From contig NC_087438.1 of NCBI RefSeq assembly GCF_036321535.1, forward strand, positions 5,520,001 to 5,584,000: a DNA stretch of 64,000 nucleotides, given 5' to 3'. Numbering within the stretch: position 1 is the first letter of the stretch; the number at the start of each line of letters is the position of its first letter. Shown here one piece after another: positions 35,954 to 49,220 of the stretch. The stretch is from Camelus dromedarius. Its lineage: Eukaryota. The notes under the pieces are model-generated. The model did not search any database, had not been told where the DNA came from, and saw only the letters and a list, made by a program, of their open reading frames with translations. The translations under genes were made by a program, and so were the position numbers.

Positions 35954-38900
35954 TCTCACTGAGGTTAAACACTTACTGTTACTGGTTATCCAACTAATAA
36001 AACTGAGAAAGAACTCTGAGGGAAGAAAGAACAAATACACCTTCTCTACTGTGGGAAACAGAGTTTTTTTCTTCTCGGGCATTCTGCTGGCTGTGAGAGC
36101 GTCATCGGTGAGGAGGCTGCGAACGCCGGGGCTGGGGTAATACTGCCCCAGGGATGGTGTCTCGATCAAAGGGCTGTCTGCAGAGCAGCTAAAATGCCAC
36201 ACTAATCTACTTCACAGTTTCCAGGGTAAGATGGCCCTTCAACTTTGGGCACTAAAGAGAGAGGAAATCGTCTCCTCCCTCCCGGTCTTCAGGGATGTTC
36301 CCCTAAGGTGGGATATGAGTGGAGGGAGAAACCCATCAAACTGGAGAATGGATTGCAGCTCAGGATTAGGAAGCAAGTGGTATCTCAGTTTAAATGGAGC
36401 GGGAAAAATAAGGACAGAGGAAAGAGAGAAGAAATGGAGCCATGCTCATCAGGGAGAATTGTTCTTTTTGGAGGGGATTATAATTTTACTGGAAATACAA
36501 GATGATGGAATCAGTAACTGTCTTTTCTAACACAGACGACCTAGAGACGGGATGTATTTAACATGTCTGGTTTGTGAAATGTGTGGCTGCCCTGTGCAGA
36601 ATTCCAGTTTTATGTGGACACAAAACAGAGTTAAATGTTAAAGATTTCCAGGTAAGGAAAGTTAACAACCCTTCACAGAACCCTTTACAAGAATTAGGGC
36701 TTCTGATTTCATTCTTGGTTTCACTCTGTATCCAGAGTGGTCCTTCTCCCAACGTCTCTCATAAGGTATAGTAGGAAGATGCTCGTGAGATTCAGAGTTT
36801 CTGTTTTTGTGGTTTTTTGGGGTGGCCTAGCATGCATTAAACTATTGATTTTTACGGAAGTTCATTTCATTACCTCAAGATTTCTCTTTTAGTCTCTATA
36901 AGAATTTCCAGCTGTTTTTCTTGTGAGTTTGATTTAATTTAATTGGTCATCAGTTTTTTGTTCTTTTTCCCCTTTGTGTTTAGCTTTTACTACCATCGTA
37001 TTTATCAGGTATCTCCCCCATCTGGGGTCAAGCTGATGGCCATGGATATGAAGCCCGCACAAACTCCAAGATTGGCAGTATCATTGTTTTCCTGTAGGTT
37101 ACGTTACTGAGTGTTTTAAGCAATTCGTTTGTCTGAAGTCCTCATTTCAAATACATGTGCTGTTAATCTGTCCATAATCTTGTCCAGTAGAAAGTACCTT
37201 AAATTTTAAAGCCTCATTCAGAGTCCATTAACTAAACGTTCATAATAGTTAGAGCTTTAAATGTACAAATTCTATGAAAAAGGCAGGCCCTGAAAAATAA
37301 CAGTAATTTAGATAAAAGGCATATTCCTCCCAGGAATGAATGACTTAGTAAATTTTCATGTCTGTGTTTTAAAATATCTCAAATACCTACCCCTCCAAGA
37401 AGCCTTATCTGATACGACACTTCAGTCTCCTTGAGCAGACGAGCATTTGGGGCTTTAACCCTCTCGGACACTCACATTCTATTTTGTGTTAACGCTTTCT
37501 ATAATTGCCTGATAACCCCCTGACTCATAGTTTTCTCACTATAGAGAAGGGATAATTTATTTTAATAACCTGTCTCTATCAACTGGTAAAGAGCCTAAAT
37601 ATAATATGACTTTGGACGACCCTTCTGGCTTGGAGTTCTCACCATCTGTTCATTTAAATATGCACAAGTAATTCATTGCATTCCAGGTATTTCTAGGTCT
37701 GGGGAAATACTGGCAATGCTTTAGGATTCTCAATCTTTTTTTGAACCAAACCCTGCATTCTAGACTCATGAGTGAAAAGGTTGATTTGCACAGTCCTCTG
37801 GCTAGAATGAATCTCTATCCAACCCACCCCTGCTCCCTATTTAATGATAGTTTGTCATAATCAGTGGTCTTCTCTGTCCCCTCTTGTTTCGTGGGCAGAC
37901 TCTTTGCAGCTACACTGCTTTGCTCATGGCGGACAGATACGTATCATTTAATCAGTAACGAAGATGCAGGTCCCTTCATTACGGTCTCTGACCTGTTAGA
38001 ATTAACGCACTGTGTTACAAGACAGTGTAGCCTGAGTCAAAGCAATGGTCTCTGGAGTCAGGTATCTCGGGCTTTCTAACAGCTCAGACACATAGTTCCC
38101 CCAATGCATAATCGCTTAACCACTTTAGAGGATTGTTTTGCGTTTAAGTAACAGCTTCACTTTGGGTTGATTTCTGGCGATGTTGTGAGAGAAGAGTGAA
38201 CGTCAGTTTTCTCCATATGAATATCTTACGATGGTTTGAGGACCATTTGTTGAGAAGACTGTCCTTTTCCAATTAAGTACCTTGCTGCCTGTGTTGAAAT
38301 CTCTTGAACCCGTGTGCGTTATAATATTTCTGGACCCTGTAGCCTGCTCCATTAATCTGTGTACCTGTCTTTATGCCAGTATTACAGTCATGACTGTTTA
38401 GCTTTACCACAAGTTTTGAAAACAGGTAATTTAAATCTTCCAATTTGTTACCCTTTTTCTAAGTTGCGTGGGCAGATTTAAGTCTTCTCCATGTAAATTT
38501 TGACTTGGGTTGTTTGTTTCCTTGTAAATTGCATTTCCATGTAAATTTTAGGTCTAGATGGTCTGCTTCTACAGCAACCTACTGGGATTTTGATTAGAAT
38601 CACATTGAATGTATAGATTGATTCAAGGAGAATTGGTATCCTTGCGATGTGCAATCTTCCAACCCATTAATGTAATATACCTATTTATTGTTATAGGTCT
38701 TTTGAAACTTCTCTAATTAGTTTTAGTTTTTATATACAAGCCTTGACTATTTTTGTTGATTTTGTTCTCAAGTACGTCCTGATGTTTTTTTCTGCCATTG
38801 TAAATGGTGCTGCTTTAACTTCATTTTCCACTTGAAAGGTGTTTACATATAGAAATATGATTAAAAATGCTCAGCATTTTAATCATAGTTTTTAAATTCA

Positions 38901-41092
38901 TTGTCGATAATTCCAACATTCTTGCTATATCCTGGTCTGATTTGGATGCTGGCTCTGCCTCTTCAAATCATATTTTATGCCTTTTAGTATGCTTTGCAAT
39001 TTTTTTTGTGTGTAAGGGCAGACATCACGTGCTGGGCAAAAGGAACGGTGATAGACAGGTCTTCAGTGATGCAGTGGTAAGGTAAGTGGGGGCAGAAACA
39101 CGCCACAGTCCTTCTGCAGATCTCAGGTTTTTAGTGAGCCTGTGCCCAGTGCTCTGAACTTTACACGTTCTTCCCAGTTTTGTTTTTCATTTTTTCATGC
39201 CTGCAGGTGGTACAAGATGGCTGGATGGGGCTGGAGATGGGCACTTCCCTTACTCTAGGTTGACTGGGCTCTGATGAAACTGTTTCTCTTGAGGACGGGC
39301 CTTGTTAAGTAGAACACATGCTCTGGTGTAATCTAAAACTGGCTCCTGTCCCCTCCCCCGGCCAGCAGCCCAGGGGATTTTTCTCTGATCTTCATTGTGG
39401 GAACCCGCTTGAGCTGCTGGAGGTCAAACTCTTGCCTGAGGGTCCCAGGTTTCTGCTCATGGACTCCTGTGCGTCTCTGCGTTTGCCTGTGTGTCTGTGC
39501 TTTGGGGGTCCATGGTCTGTCCTGTGACCTCACTTCTCTGACAGATCTAAGAAGAGTTGTTGGTTTTTCAGTTTGTTGAGCTTTTCACTTTGTGAGCGTG
39601 GAGTGAGGACGTTCAGGCTCTTTACGTGCTCGACTGGGTTTCATTGACTCTTTTTTTTTTTTTTACTATTTGTTTTCTATTTTTGTTGTTTCTGCTTTCA
39701 TATTTATTTTTCCCTTCCTTCTACTTACTTTGCACTTAAATTGCTCTTTTTTTTCTAGACTCTAAAAGTGGAAGCTTTGGTCACTGACTTGAGCGTTTTA
39801 TCTTCCCTAACATAAGCATGTGAAGGTACAGTTTTCTTATAAGAGCTGCTTTAGCTGCATCTCGTACATTTAATTTGTACTTTGAAATTTACCATGTAAT
39901 AAATTATTTCTAATGTTTCTTGTGGTTTCTTCTTTGACCCATACATTATTTGGAATTGTATTGTTTAATTTCCAAATATTTGGGGAGGATTTTCAAATAG
40001 TTTTATTGATTTATGATTTAGTTCTGTTGTGGTCAGAGATCATACACTATACAATTTCAATCCTTTAAATTTCTTGAAAGGTGTGTTGTGGTTATTTTTC
40101 TGTATTTTTATCTTGGTGAATGGTAATTGTTCACTTGAAAAGAATGTATATTCTTCTATTTTAGGATGAAGTGAAAATAACTGAAAATTAGGCCAAGTTA
40201 GTTGATAGTATTATTCTATTATTCAAAATTTTCTATTTTCTTGTTTTTTTTTTCTGTCTAACGTACCATGGTGGTTGAGATATGCTGGTAAAATCTCCCA
40301 CTGTGATTGTAGACTTGCTTTTTATCCTTTTATTTGTGTAATTTTCCCTTCATGTAAATGGAGGTTTTATAATATGTATATTCACATCCAGAAGAACTTT
40401 TAAGTCTTCTTGATTTGTTCACTCACCATTATTTAATGCTCCTCTTTTATCTTTGTCTTGCAAACTACCTTACCCAATCTTAATATATCTTTTGAAGCTT
40501 GTTATAATTAGTACTCACAGTGGTATATCTTTTTTCCATACTTTCACTGTGTTTTTATATTTATATATGTCTCGATGCTCAGTATATAGTTTTAGTGTCC
40601 TGCTTTTAAAAATAGCCTGACTTATTGTATCTGTTTTGAATTAGACTGTTTAGATACGTCTTCCTTTTTAAAGATAATTTAGACTGTTTATATAATTTTA
40701 ATTTAATGTAATTTCTGCTATTTTGAGGTTTAACCTCTTTCTTGCCATTTATTTACTGTTTACGCCATCTGCGTATTGTTCCTTTTTCCTTCTTGTCTTT
40801 ATGGGGATCAAGTGGTTAACTTTTGATGTTCTGTTTTATCTCCACTTTTGGCTTATTAGCTTTAACTCTCTTATTTTCTCTCTCTCTCTTCCCCCTGCCC
40901 TGGTGGCTATTCTTGGGTTTTAATATATAATTTTGACCTTTCATAGCATTACATAATTGTGTTACAGTGCCTTAGTGGAGTGCAAGAACCTTGCAAAAGA
41001 TACTTCCCTGTTCCCTTTCTGTCCTCTGTGCTAGTTTGTCCTACATACGTCAGGAACTCCATCACACGTTGTTGTTATTTTTCCCCTAAATC

Positions 41093-41452
41093 AAATTTTC
41101 TCAAATTTTGACCCAAGAACCCTTGAAATCCCTAAAATTCTTTTGGGTTGTTCTTGAAGTTCAAACTGTTTCCAGAATAATCCTAAAACCTAAAATCCTA
41201 AAACCATTTTACTCTCATCCTCTCAGGAGGAGATTTTGCATTTTCAGAGGCTATGTATGTTATTGTAACAGATTGAATACACAAAAGATACAAGAGTCTA
41301 GCTGTCTTCTCTTAATTCAGACATTAAAGAAATTTGCAAAAATATAAAACAGTTCCACTCTACATTTTAATGTTTTTTAAAACACAGTTTTATATCTTTA
41401 AAAAGATTTTTTAAACATGTATGGGATTCTTGTTATTTTCAAGTATATACAT

Positions 41453-41500
<48 letters not shown>

Positions 41501-41628
41501 CTCAATTTTAGTTTCTAATATGTTAAATATATTGGTAGGTATAACACACAAAAGCAAAAGCTCTTTGGTGTCCCCCATTTATTTTTTAATGTAAAGGGGT
41601 CTTGAAACCAAAAAGTTTGAGAACCAAT
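41093..41628. mobile_element. Charlie1-like hAT DNA transposon relic nested in L1M
   Basis: Terminal motif aaaagctctttgg...gtaaaggggtcttgaaaccaaaaagtttgagaacc, with the opposite end ttctcaaa. Confidence 0.65.
41455..41498. repeat. (AT)n microsatellite
   Basis: Read directly from the sequence. Confidence 0.95.
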
Positions 41629-43249
41629 TCTTTAAACTTTAAAGTAAATATTTAAAAGTCTGTCATGTTTCATTACATAACCATTACTTCCAGCTTTGCC
41701 TTCCTTCATGTACATATAAGTTTCTGTGCAGTGTCATTTTCCTTTAACCTGAAGAAATTCCTTTAACTTTTTTTCATATAGTTTCCTGCAATGGATTGTC
41801 TTTGTGTTTGCCTAAAAATGTCTTTATTTTACTTTCATCTTTAAAAAGCTGTATGTGGAATGCTAGGTTGATAATTGTTCTTGGACATAAATTGGTGGTG
41901 GACACTGTAATGCTTCCCTATTCTTCATCCAGAAGGACTAATTACCCCAGCTTTCTGGAGATGGATATTTAAGAAGGTCAAAGTCAGCAGCATATTAAGA
42001 AAATAAAGCAGTTGGAATGAGGAATGAAAAATAGCATTTCACCCTTCTTTAATTTAATGTGATAAACTTGCCCTTTTTACCAATTCATGTTCCATCTGCA
42101 GAAACTGAATATTTCAAGTTGAGTTCTCCTATAAAGTTTATATTTTTGCCCTGACCTCAAATCTTTAAAACCTCTGTTTTCAGAAACCTAAGCCATCAAC
42201 ACCTGACTAATGGAATTTTTAGTTAAATTTTAAGTCCTAACTCATGTTAATGGTATTGTATGTTTTTGAGAAAAATATAAAGAAGCAATTGAGTGACCTT
42301 TTACATTTCTCCCCCCTGGTTTTTATGTTGCTAATAGTAACATCAAGAAGCCTTACTAGAAAATTACAGTTCTTTATAGAATGTCATATAGTGATGATGT
42401 ATTTTACTTGGTGTTCGAACATAGGTGTTTTATTAACAATTTTAAAGGGGACCAGTCTTTTTCCCTTTGAAACTGACAGCCCATTTCAACAACAAATGCA
42501 AAGCCCAGAACTTACAGAAGAAAAAACACAAATTCAGTCATTTGAAGAGAACACATGAGACCCATCCAATGACCCCAAACATCAAACAAAATTGTGACAT
42601 ATGTTTATAAAATGTCATTGAAAAATAAAGTTGTGTTTACCAGAAAGTGTGCACTGTTGAAGACTCTCTTCTTCGGAGGAAGCAGTGCCTTGAAGGAGAA
42701 ATGGAAAACCACCGTGAAGACAAAAATCGATTTCAGCGGATTTCCGTTCTCTCTCAGCTCTGTGCCCATGATTTGATAACTGTCTTAGTGACACCGGTGT
42801 TCTCAGGAGGGCTGCAGCATGGACTAGTGCAGGTTCTACTCTCTGTACCCTGCTGTCTGCGCAGACGTGATCTGCTGAGAGTACACGCATGCACGAGCCT
42901 GCAGGGATCTCACCACCCAGGCACCCGCATCTTCTCAGACCCCCGCCAGCCCCCCAGGCCTTCTCCCTGCCCTTATCCAAACTCTGCTCGGTTTTCAGTG
43001 CCCAGCCTAAGGAGCTCAGCCTCCATGAAGCCATCCCATAGACTCAGATGGACTCAGTGCTCTTTTTTCTATGGTGCAGCACAAGGTCACTTTGACCTCA
43101 GTGCAGCCTGGGTTGGTTGCTGACTTGTCTGTGCTCCTCCTGAGCTGTGCGAACGGGGTGCTTTCAGGCACCACTAGCACATGGGGCAGGGAGAACATGG
43201 GTTTTACTGGGGGAATTTAGGAGCCAAAACATAGCAGAACACACGAATG

Positions 43250-43612
43250 CCTTTCTCAGTCTGTTGGGCTCCTACAGCAAAAACACCATTGACTGGGTCG
43301 CTTATAAACAACAGCAATTTATCTCTCACAGTGCTAGGGCCTGGGGAGCCCAAGGTCAAGGTGCTGGCCGACTCAGTGTCTGGTGAGAGCCCCCTTCCTG
43401 GTTCACAGGTGGCCGACTTCTTGCCGTGTCCTCACGTGGCGAGGGATCTCTCTGGGGCCTCTTTTAGCAGGGCACTAACCCCATTCACACGTGCTCCATC
43501 CTCATGACCTAATCACCTCCCAGAATCGCCAGCTCCAAGCACCATCATATTAACCAGAGCGGTTAGCATTTCTACATGTGAATTTTGGGGAAAAGCAAAC
43601 ACTGTCTATAGG
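43250..43612 (-). mobile_element. MLT1A0-like solo LTR
   Basis: gcttataaacaacagcaatttatctctcacag, tctggtgagagccc, ctcatgacctaatcacctccca. Confidence 0.85.
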
Positions 43613-44227
43613 AACCCCTAAAATCTCACTATTCCACCCCTTAGTCTCCACACTCCAGAGCCAACCTGCCGGTGTACAGCATCCCTGCTCCTCTGATGCT
43701 CTACGTATTTATGGGGTCAGGAAGCAGGGAACACCTGTGTGACTGTCACCGATGGGTGCTCCCTGGTTTGACAGGTGGTCTTGCTGGGAAGAATGAACAG
43801 CAGCAGGCATCAGCTGACTCTTCCAAGCGTCCCTCTGCTACGCTAGATCGGAGGACGCTGCTTTTAGGGCCACTCGGTTTTGTTGGTCAGCAGGAAACTG
43901 TAAGGAAGGGCCGTGTCTTGTTGATTTTGCTATCCTGAGTTCTAGCACATAGATGGTTGGATAAGCTTCAGACCTAAAATGTGATTAACATATGGCTGAT
44001 GTGGACAGAAGAACTGCATACTCAAATCAGGGCATGTCTGGAAGTCTGTAACAAATGTGGGGCACTCAGCCTTCATTAGAATATTCCACGGACATTCCTT
44101 TTGGGTTTGTACCAGATATCAGTGATCGAATAACAATCCAACAGGTGTGTCTCAGCCTACCACTGAAGGGTTGAAACTCCACCACCAGCCATCTCTTTGT
44201 GCTTCAGCCATGGGGTCCTGCCAATAT

Positions 44228-44690
44228 TGTTACTGAGTTCAAGCTCGTACTGCTCACCACATGACAGGCCAATAAATTGAGAGACGAGTTGCTGGGGCAT
44301 GGAATAGCGACTTTATTCTGAAAGCCAGCGGACCAAGAAGATGGTGGACTAGAGTCCCAAAGAAACACCTTGCCTAAATTAGAATTTAACTTCTTTTATA
44401 CTAAAAGAGGAGGAAGTAAGTCAAACATTTCCTGTTGCTGTTCAGCCTCCAGTGAGGATGTGTTAATTTCAGTCATTCACGGGTGGGCCTGGTCCGGATG
44501 TTTCCTATGAGCGAAGCAAAGGTATTTTAGCTTAATGCTCATTACCTGGGAGGCAGGGTTCCCAGAGATGGGCCATTATGTATAACTGAAGCTTTAGTAC
44601 TTAACTTGCAGCAAAAGCAATAGAATACAAGGATTAGGTAAAAGGAACAGACCCAGAATGGGGTCCGATTTGTTCTTCCCTACTGCGGCA
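44228..44690 (-). mobile_element. Lineage ERV1-type solo LTR
   Basis: tgttactgag...gatttgttcttccctactgcggca. Ends are homologous to 10308-10831. Confidence 0.75.
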
Positions 44691-45984
44691 TCTCCTCCAG
44701 TGCTCACCTGACCACTCTGCTTGCCCACTCTTGCTTCAAACGCCATTTTTTGACTCTTATTTTTGTTGTTGTTTCTGAATGCATTCCCAAGAATATCAGA
44801 AAAGAGTTTCTCTATCTGTTTTACCATATAATCCTTCAATGCAGCTACACTTTTAAGACTCATAAAAAAGAAAGCTCCACTTCCAGTTGTCAGACGAGTT
44901 ATAGGCCCTGCTCCAAGTCTGGCAGGAAACACTATGTTAGCGTTTGCAGCACAAGAAGAGGAACACAAGTAGGATGTGTTTGCTGTCGTCACTGCTGTTA
45001 CTCAGTCGTGCAGCTGAGGAATGACTGGGGGTTCATTGCCCTACTTTATAATCCATGAACTAGAAGGCAAATATATAACAAATTGTGTTAAAGAAGAAAG
45101 TGGTACCAGGTAGAGCTTTGTTTGAAAGATTTGTCTAGAGAGAGAATGCTGTGATTTCAAATTCCAATCAGTGCAGAATGACCAGAGCCAGAAGACACCC
45201 TTAGGAGAATTTGGTTTTCCCATCCCTGAAGAGTGGACATTGCTTCCCAGTTCCTGATGTTCAGCAGTTTAGATTTCTACCATTTCAGGAACTGAGTGAG
45301 AATAATTCCTCAATTTTTCTGTCTTTGTTTACCAATTTCTTTGATGCTAGATTATTTTATACTTCTGGACTTCAGAGCCTCACATGGCTCTCCCTCCTTT
45401 GATAATCCTCCTTATTAGAAATGCATCTTCATTAGCAAGCAGCTGTGCTAAACAATTTTGCTGTTTTAATTTTTCATGTAATATTATGCATAAGAGCTCA
45501 GTTGAATGCCATTCACCTAGTTCATTGCCGTAAGGATTAGATAACACATCTCAAGCGTAGGATGCTAAACCTAAGAAAATCTAATCCCACAGGGGAAAAT
45601 TGACTCATATTTCCGTGGACCTTCTCTATAAATTCTCTCCTTCAAGTGTAACTCACTGATTACTAAATTGTAAAATTAGCTCTCACTGCGCCTTTGATGT
45701 CACTTCAAAGCCATTTTTCCGAAAGAACTCAATATTGTCAGTTCACAACCTCAGAATCAGAAAACTTGGGAACACATTGAAATCTGCAAGTCACTTTGTC
45801 CAAGTCCCAGAAATTGCTGAGTAATAAAGATGTTTTGTAGTTGCCACACATCAGAAAAGAACACATGTCTTTTTCATAAGTAACACATATTAGTTCTATC
45901 AGAATTATCCTCATCGTCACATATTGTCCTAATTCACTCCTGATGGGGCACAAAATATTTTAAGGTTTCAGGTCTTGGTTTATA

Positions 45985-46350
45985 GAGAATCAGTCAGAAT
46001 AAACAATGTTTTGCTGCAGTAACAAGTAATCCCCAAATCTCAGCGACTAAAGACGGCAAAGTTCTATTTCTCATTCGCACCACTTGTCCAATGTGGGTTG
46101 ACAGGGACACTTTGCCTTTGTAGTTATTTGAGTTTCTGGTGGACAAAAGTTTCATCTCTGTGCATGTTTTGCAGTTACCACAGGAGATAAAAGGGAATAT
46201 GGCAAATCTTGCTTTGGATCCCAAAGCTTCCAACCTGCAGGAATGCATTTAACTTCCACTCACTTGTCAATGGCCAAAGCAACTTACCTGCTACCCTCAC
46301 TTCTCAAAGAGGAGAGAAGCCGAGCCTTGCCATGTTCTGGGGAGAAGAAG
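45985..46350 (-). mobile_element. MLT1J-like LTR
   Basis: tgctgcagtaacaagtaatccccaaatctcagc, atggccaaagcaa. Confidence 0.6.
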
Positions 46351-46439
46351 TCACGATGCATATGTGTATATATACTCCATCCTCCTGTAAGTGGAATTCC
46401 CCTGTCTTATTTTTTTCTGCTGATAATGCCTATTTTATT

Positions 46440-47190
46440 TTTGAGGGAGTTATTAAGTTTATTATTTGTTAAATTAAAATGACCCAGGAATCCCACTCCT
46501 GGGCTTGTATCCAGAAGGAAATCTACTTCAGGATGACACCTGCACCCCAATGTTCATAGCAGCACTATTTACAATAGCCAAAACATGGAAACAGCCTAAA
46601 TGTCCATCAACAGGTGACTGGATAAAGAGGATGTGGTATATTTATACAATGGAATACTACTCAGCCATAAAAACCGACAACATAATGCCATTTGCAGCAA
46701 CATGGATGCTCCTGGAGAATGTCATTCTAAGTGAAGTAAGCCAGAAAGAGAAAGAAAAGTACCATATGAGATCGCTCATATGTGGAATCTAAAAAACAAA
46801 AACAAAAAAACAAACAAAAACAAAGCGTAAACACAGGACAGAAATAGACTCACAGACAGAGAATACAGACTTGTGGTTACCAGGGGGGTGGAGGGTGGTA
46901 AGGGATAGACTGGGATTTCAAAATTGTAGAATAGATAAACAAGATTACACTGTATAGCACAGGGAAATATACACAAAATGTTATGATAACTCACAGAGAA
47001 AAAAATGTGACAATGAGTGTGTATATGTCCATGAATGACTGAAAAATTGTGCTGAACACTGGAATTTGACACAACATTGTAAAATGATTATAAATCAATA
47101 AAAAATGTTTAAAAAAATGGAGGTACTGGGGATTGAACCCAGACATTGTGCATGCTAAGCATGTGTTCTACCACTGAGCTATACCCTCCC
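46440..47190 (-). mobile_element. tRNA-Ala-derived SINE split by a young L1 (tail 46440-46481, head 47114-47190)
   Basis: Head tggaggtactggggattgaaccc...accactgagctataccc. Tail gggagttattaagtttatt lies on the far side of the L1. Confidence 0.8.
46482..47113 (+). mobile_element. Young lineage L1 3' fragment (ORF2 C-terminus plus 3'UTR)
   Basis: ORF 46505-46792 reads DTCTPMFIAALFTIAKTWKQPKCPS...LSEVSQ...SLICGI, the L1 ORF2p C-terminus. It ends in aataaa and an A tail. Confidence 0.95.
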
Positions 47191-47292
47191 ACCTCTTGCC
47201 TTATTTTAAAAAATCAGTTTGGGGACTAATTTCAAAGGAGAAGAAAATCTTTTGGAACAATTGCTTGCCATTCGGTAACTACCTCACATTAG

Positions 47293-47420
47293 GTCAGGGA
47301 TTCATAATTCTGGTGGGGCTCTGTGGTAACCTGGGAAGCTTTAAAAAAATATTCCAGTGTCCAGGGCCAGACAAACAAGGAGATGGAAATCTTCAGGGGT
47401 GAGACCCAGGCATGGGAACA
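47293..47420. mobile_element. MER5A-like DNA transposon fragment
   Basis: acctgggaagctttaaaaaaatattccagtgtccaggg...ggggtgagacccaggcat. Confidence 0.45.
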
Positions 47421-48842
47421 CTTTATCCCAGTATGGATTTTCTGTTTAAGGTAAAGAACACAGATTCTCCGTGGTATCTACATAGGGACCAAAGTACAAA
47501 AGCAACAGGTCACTTTAATTGTCACAGGCAAGAGGGAGGGTGATCTCCATAGTAACCAAGCCGCGAGCTCTGTGGCTTCAAGGGCAGTTCAGATGAGTGC
47601 TTCTTGCTTATATGCATTTCTGCCCCAAATAAAATGCTAGCTATCTTCCTCAATTGGTTAACAAGAAAGCTGTACTTCTGAAAAGACTATTTTCCTAGAA
47701 TGTTATTTAGACTCTTGCAAAAAAACAAAAAACAAAAAAATCTGAAACCAATTAGACAAAGGAGGGTCATCTTGCAGAAAGCCCCTCAGTGGGTCCTTGG
47801 CTCCCAGGGACCACATTTGAAACAAATGTTCCAAAATGAAAACAGAAAATTTCAAGATTTTTCAAACTGATCAAATGCTATGGTTGTGTCTTCTCAGCAG
47901 ACATAGGCATATTAAAAAAAAATGCAGGGCAGAGCCGCTGTCTGGTCTTGACAGAAGAAGCAGGCTTGCCGACCTCAATTATCGTCTGGCCATGTCCATA
48001 CCTCTAACAGGTGAGTGGGTGCCCAGGCCCAGCCAGAAGCAGGCATGTTGGCATTTGTTTGCACATCGATCGAGAGACAAGGTCAATCATGAGGAACAGC
48101 CGTCTCTAGAAACTCCAGGGAGTGACAACGTCACTGGAATGGGGATCTGTGGCGGCAGCAGAGAAGGGAGCGGGGCAGAGGCTGCCAGGGAAGCTGCAGG
48201 AGAGCGGGGTCAGCAGCCCAGGGGCGAACTTCACACTCAGGTGGGTGTTTCCTGAGCCTGACAGCGAGCTGGGGAGTCCTCGTGACACCTCACCCAGACC
48301 CAGCCTCTGTCACTTTGGGCACTTTCCTCTCGTGCCAATCCTACTCAGCTGTTACGCTCTCCTAAGTCTCTTCCTTCTAAACCTCCCTCCCAGCGACCTC
48401 TGATGCCCGTTGCTATGGGATGTTCTCTTTGACATCGATTGGTAAATCAGTAATGCCGCTTCTCTGATCAGAAACCTGCGCTGGCTCCCTTCTGCCTGTT
48501 ACAAGAAAAAGCGCCTCTTCCTTCTCCCAGGCCGAGCCAGAGGATAGGCTGCTCCCTTAGGAAGATGTCGGTTAGCCTTGCACTTGGATCTGGAAACTTC
48601 ATCCAGGTTTCCTGCAGGTGGGGTGGGGCCACGGCTCGTAAATGGCTCTGTGTTATCCTGCTCTTTACTTCTGCTCAGACTGAAGAGGATGGTTGAATAG
48701 CATGAGAGAAAGGAAAAAACCTGACTTACTCAGTAATTTGAAAAAAGAATCCACTGCTATAAACACAGCCCGAAAGATAGTAGAAGAAGTCAAAAAATAA
48801 TTTCTTCTTAGATTCTACTAGCTTTGAGGATTGTTTTGACAG

Positions 48843-48892
48843 GTGTGAGTGTGTGTGTGTGTGTTTGTGTGAAAGAGAGAGAGAGAGAGAGA
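48843..48892. repeat. (TG)n(GA)n compound microsatellite
   Basis: Read directly from the sequence. Confidence 0.9.
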
Positions 48893-49169
48893 ATCTAATT
48901 CATCACTCACCCTCTGAGTGCTCAGGAATAAACAAGGACACAGTCGGATGGGGGCAGAGATGAGGGACTATGACCCCTGACAGGGCTGGATGGGATTGTA
49001 CCTGGCTGCCCTGGGCTCTGTCCCTGAAGTTGGAGCAAAAAAACCCTTCCTGGAACATTCTTGACTCCTGGGATGCTAAAGGCCATTCTAGAGTCAGACT
49101 TGGACATGCTCTTCTGGGAGAGGGGATGGATTACAGGGCAAATCCACCCAAATCGAGACAAATATCTTA

Positions 49170-49220
49170 GGTCCTAGGTTCAATCCCCAGTACCTTCAAT
49201 AAAAACAAAACAAAACAAAT
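49170..49220 (+). mobile_element. 5'-truncated tRNA-derived SINE
   Basis: gtcctaggttcaatccccagtaccttca followed by an A-rich tail. Confidence 0.65.

Larger units (their letters stand above)
38150..41880 (-). mobile_element. Cluster of old L1M (L1MC/L1ME-like) fragments
   Basis: Long T-rich stretch with antisense L1 motifs: ctgggattttgattagaatcacattgaat, ttgtttaatttccaaatatttgggga, cacttgaaaagaatgtatattc. Confidence 0.7.

Noticed and set aside
36990..37100. Exon-like GC-richer island in T-rich sequence
   Set aside because: All three minus-strand frames after the putative acceptor hit stops, and the splice sites are weak.
42244..43123. Overlapping ORFs of 104-158 aa with possible acceptors
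   Set aside because: No recognisable homology and no convincing donor; the lengths are compatible with chance.
46505..46792. 95-aa ORF as a host gene (also 31699-32016 and 50391-50603)
   Set aside because: It is the C-terminal remnant of L1 ORF2p in 5'-truncated copies.
48390..48410. CTCF-like motif (also near 30080)
   Set aside because: Two or three mismatches at core positions; matches of this quality are expected by chance in 64 kb.
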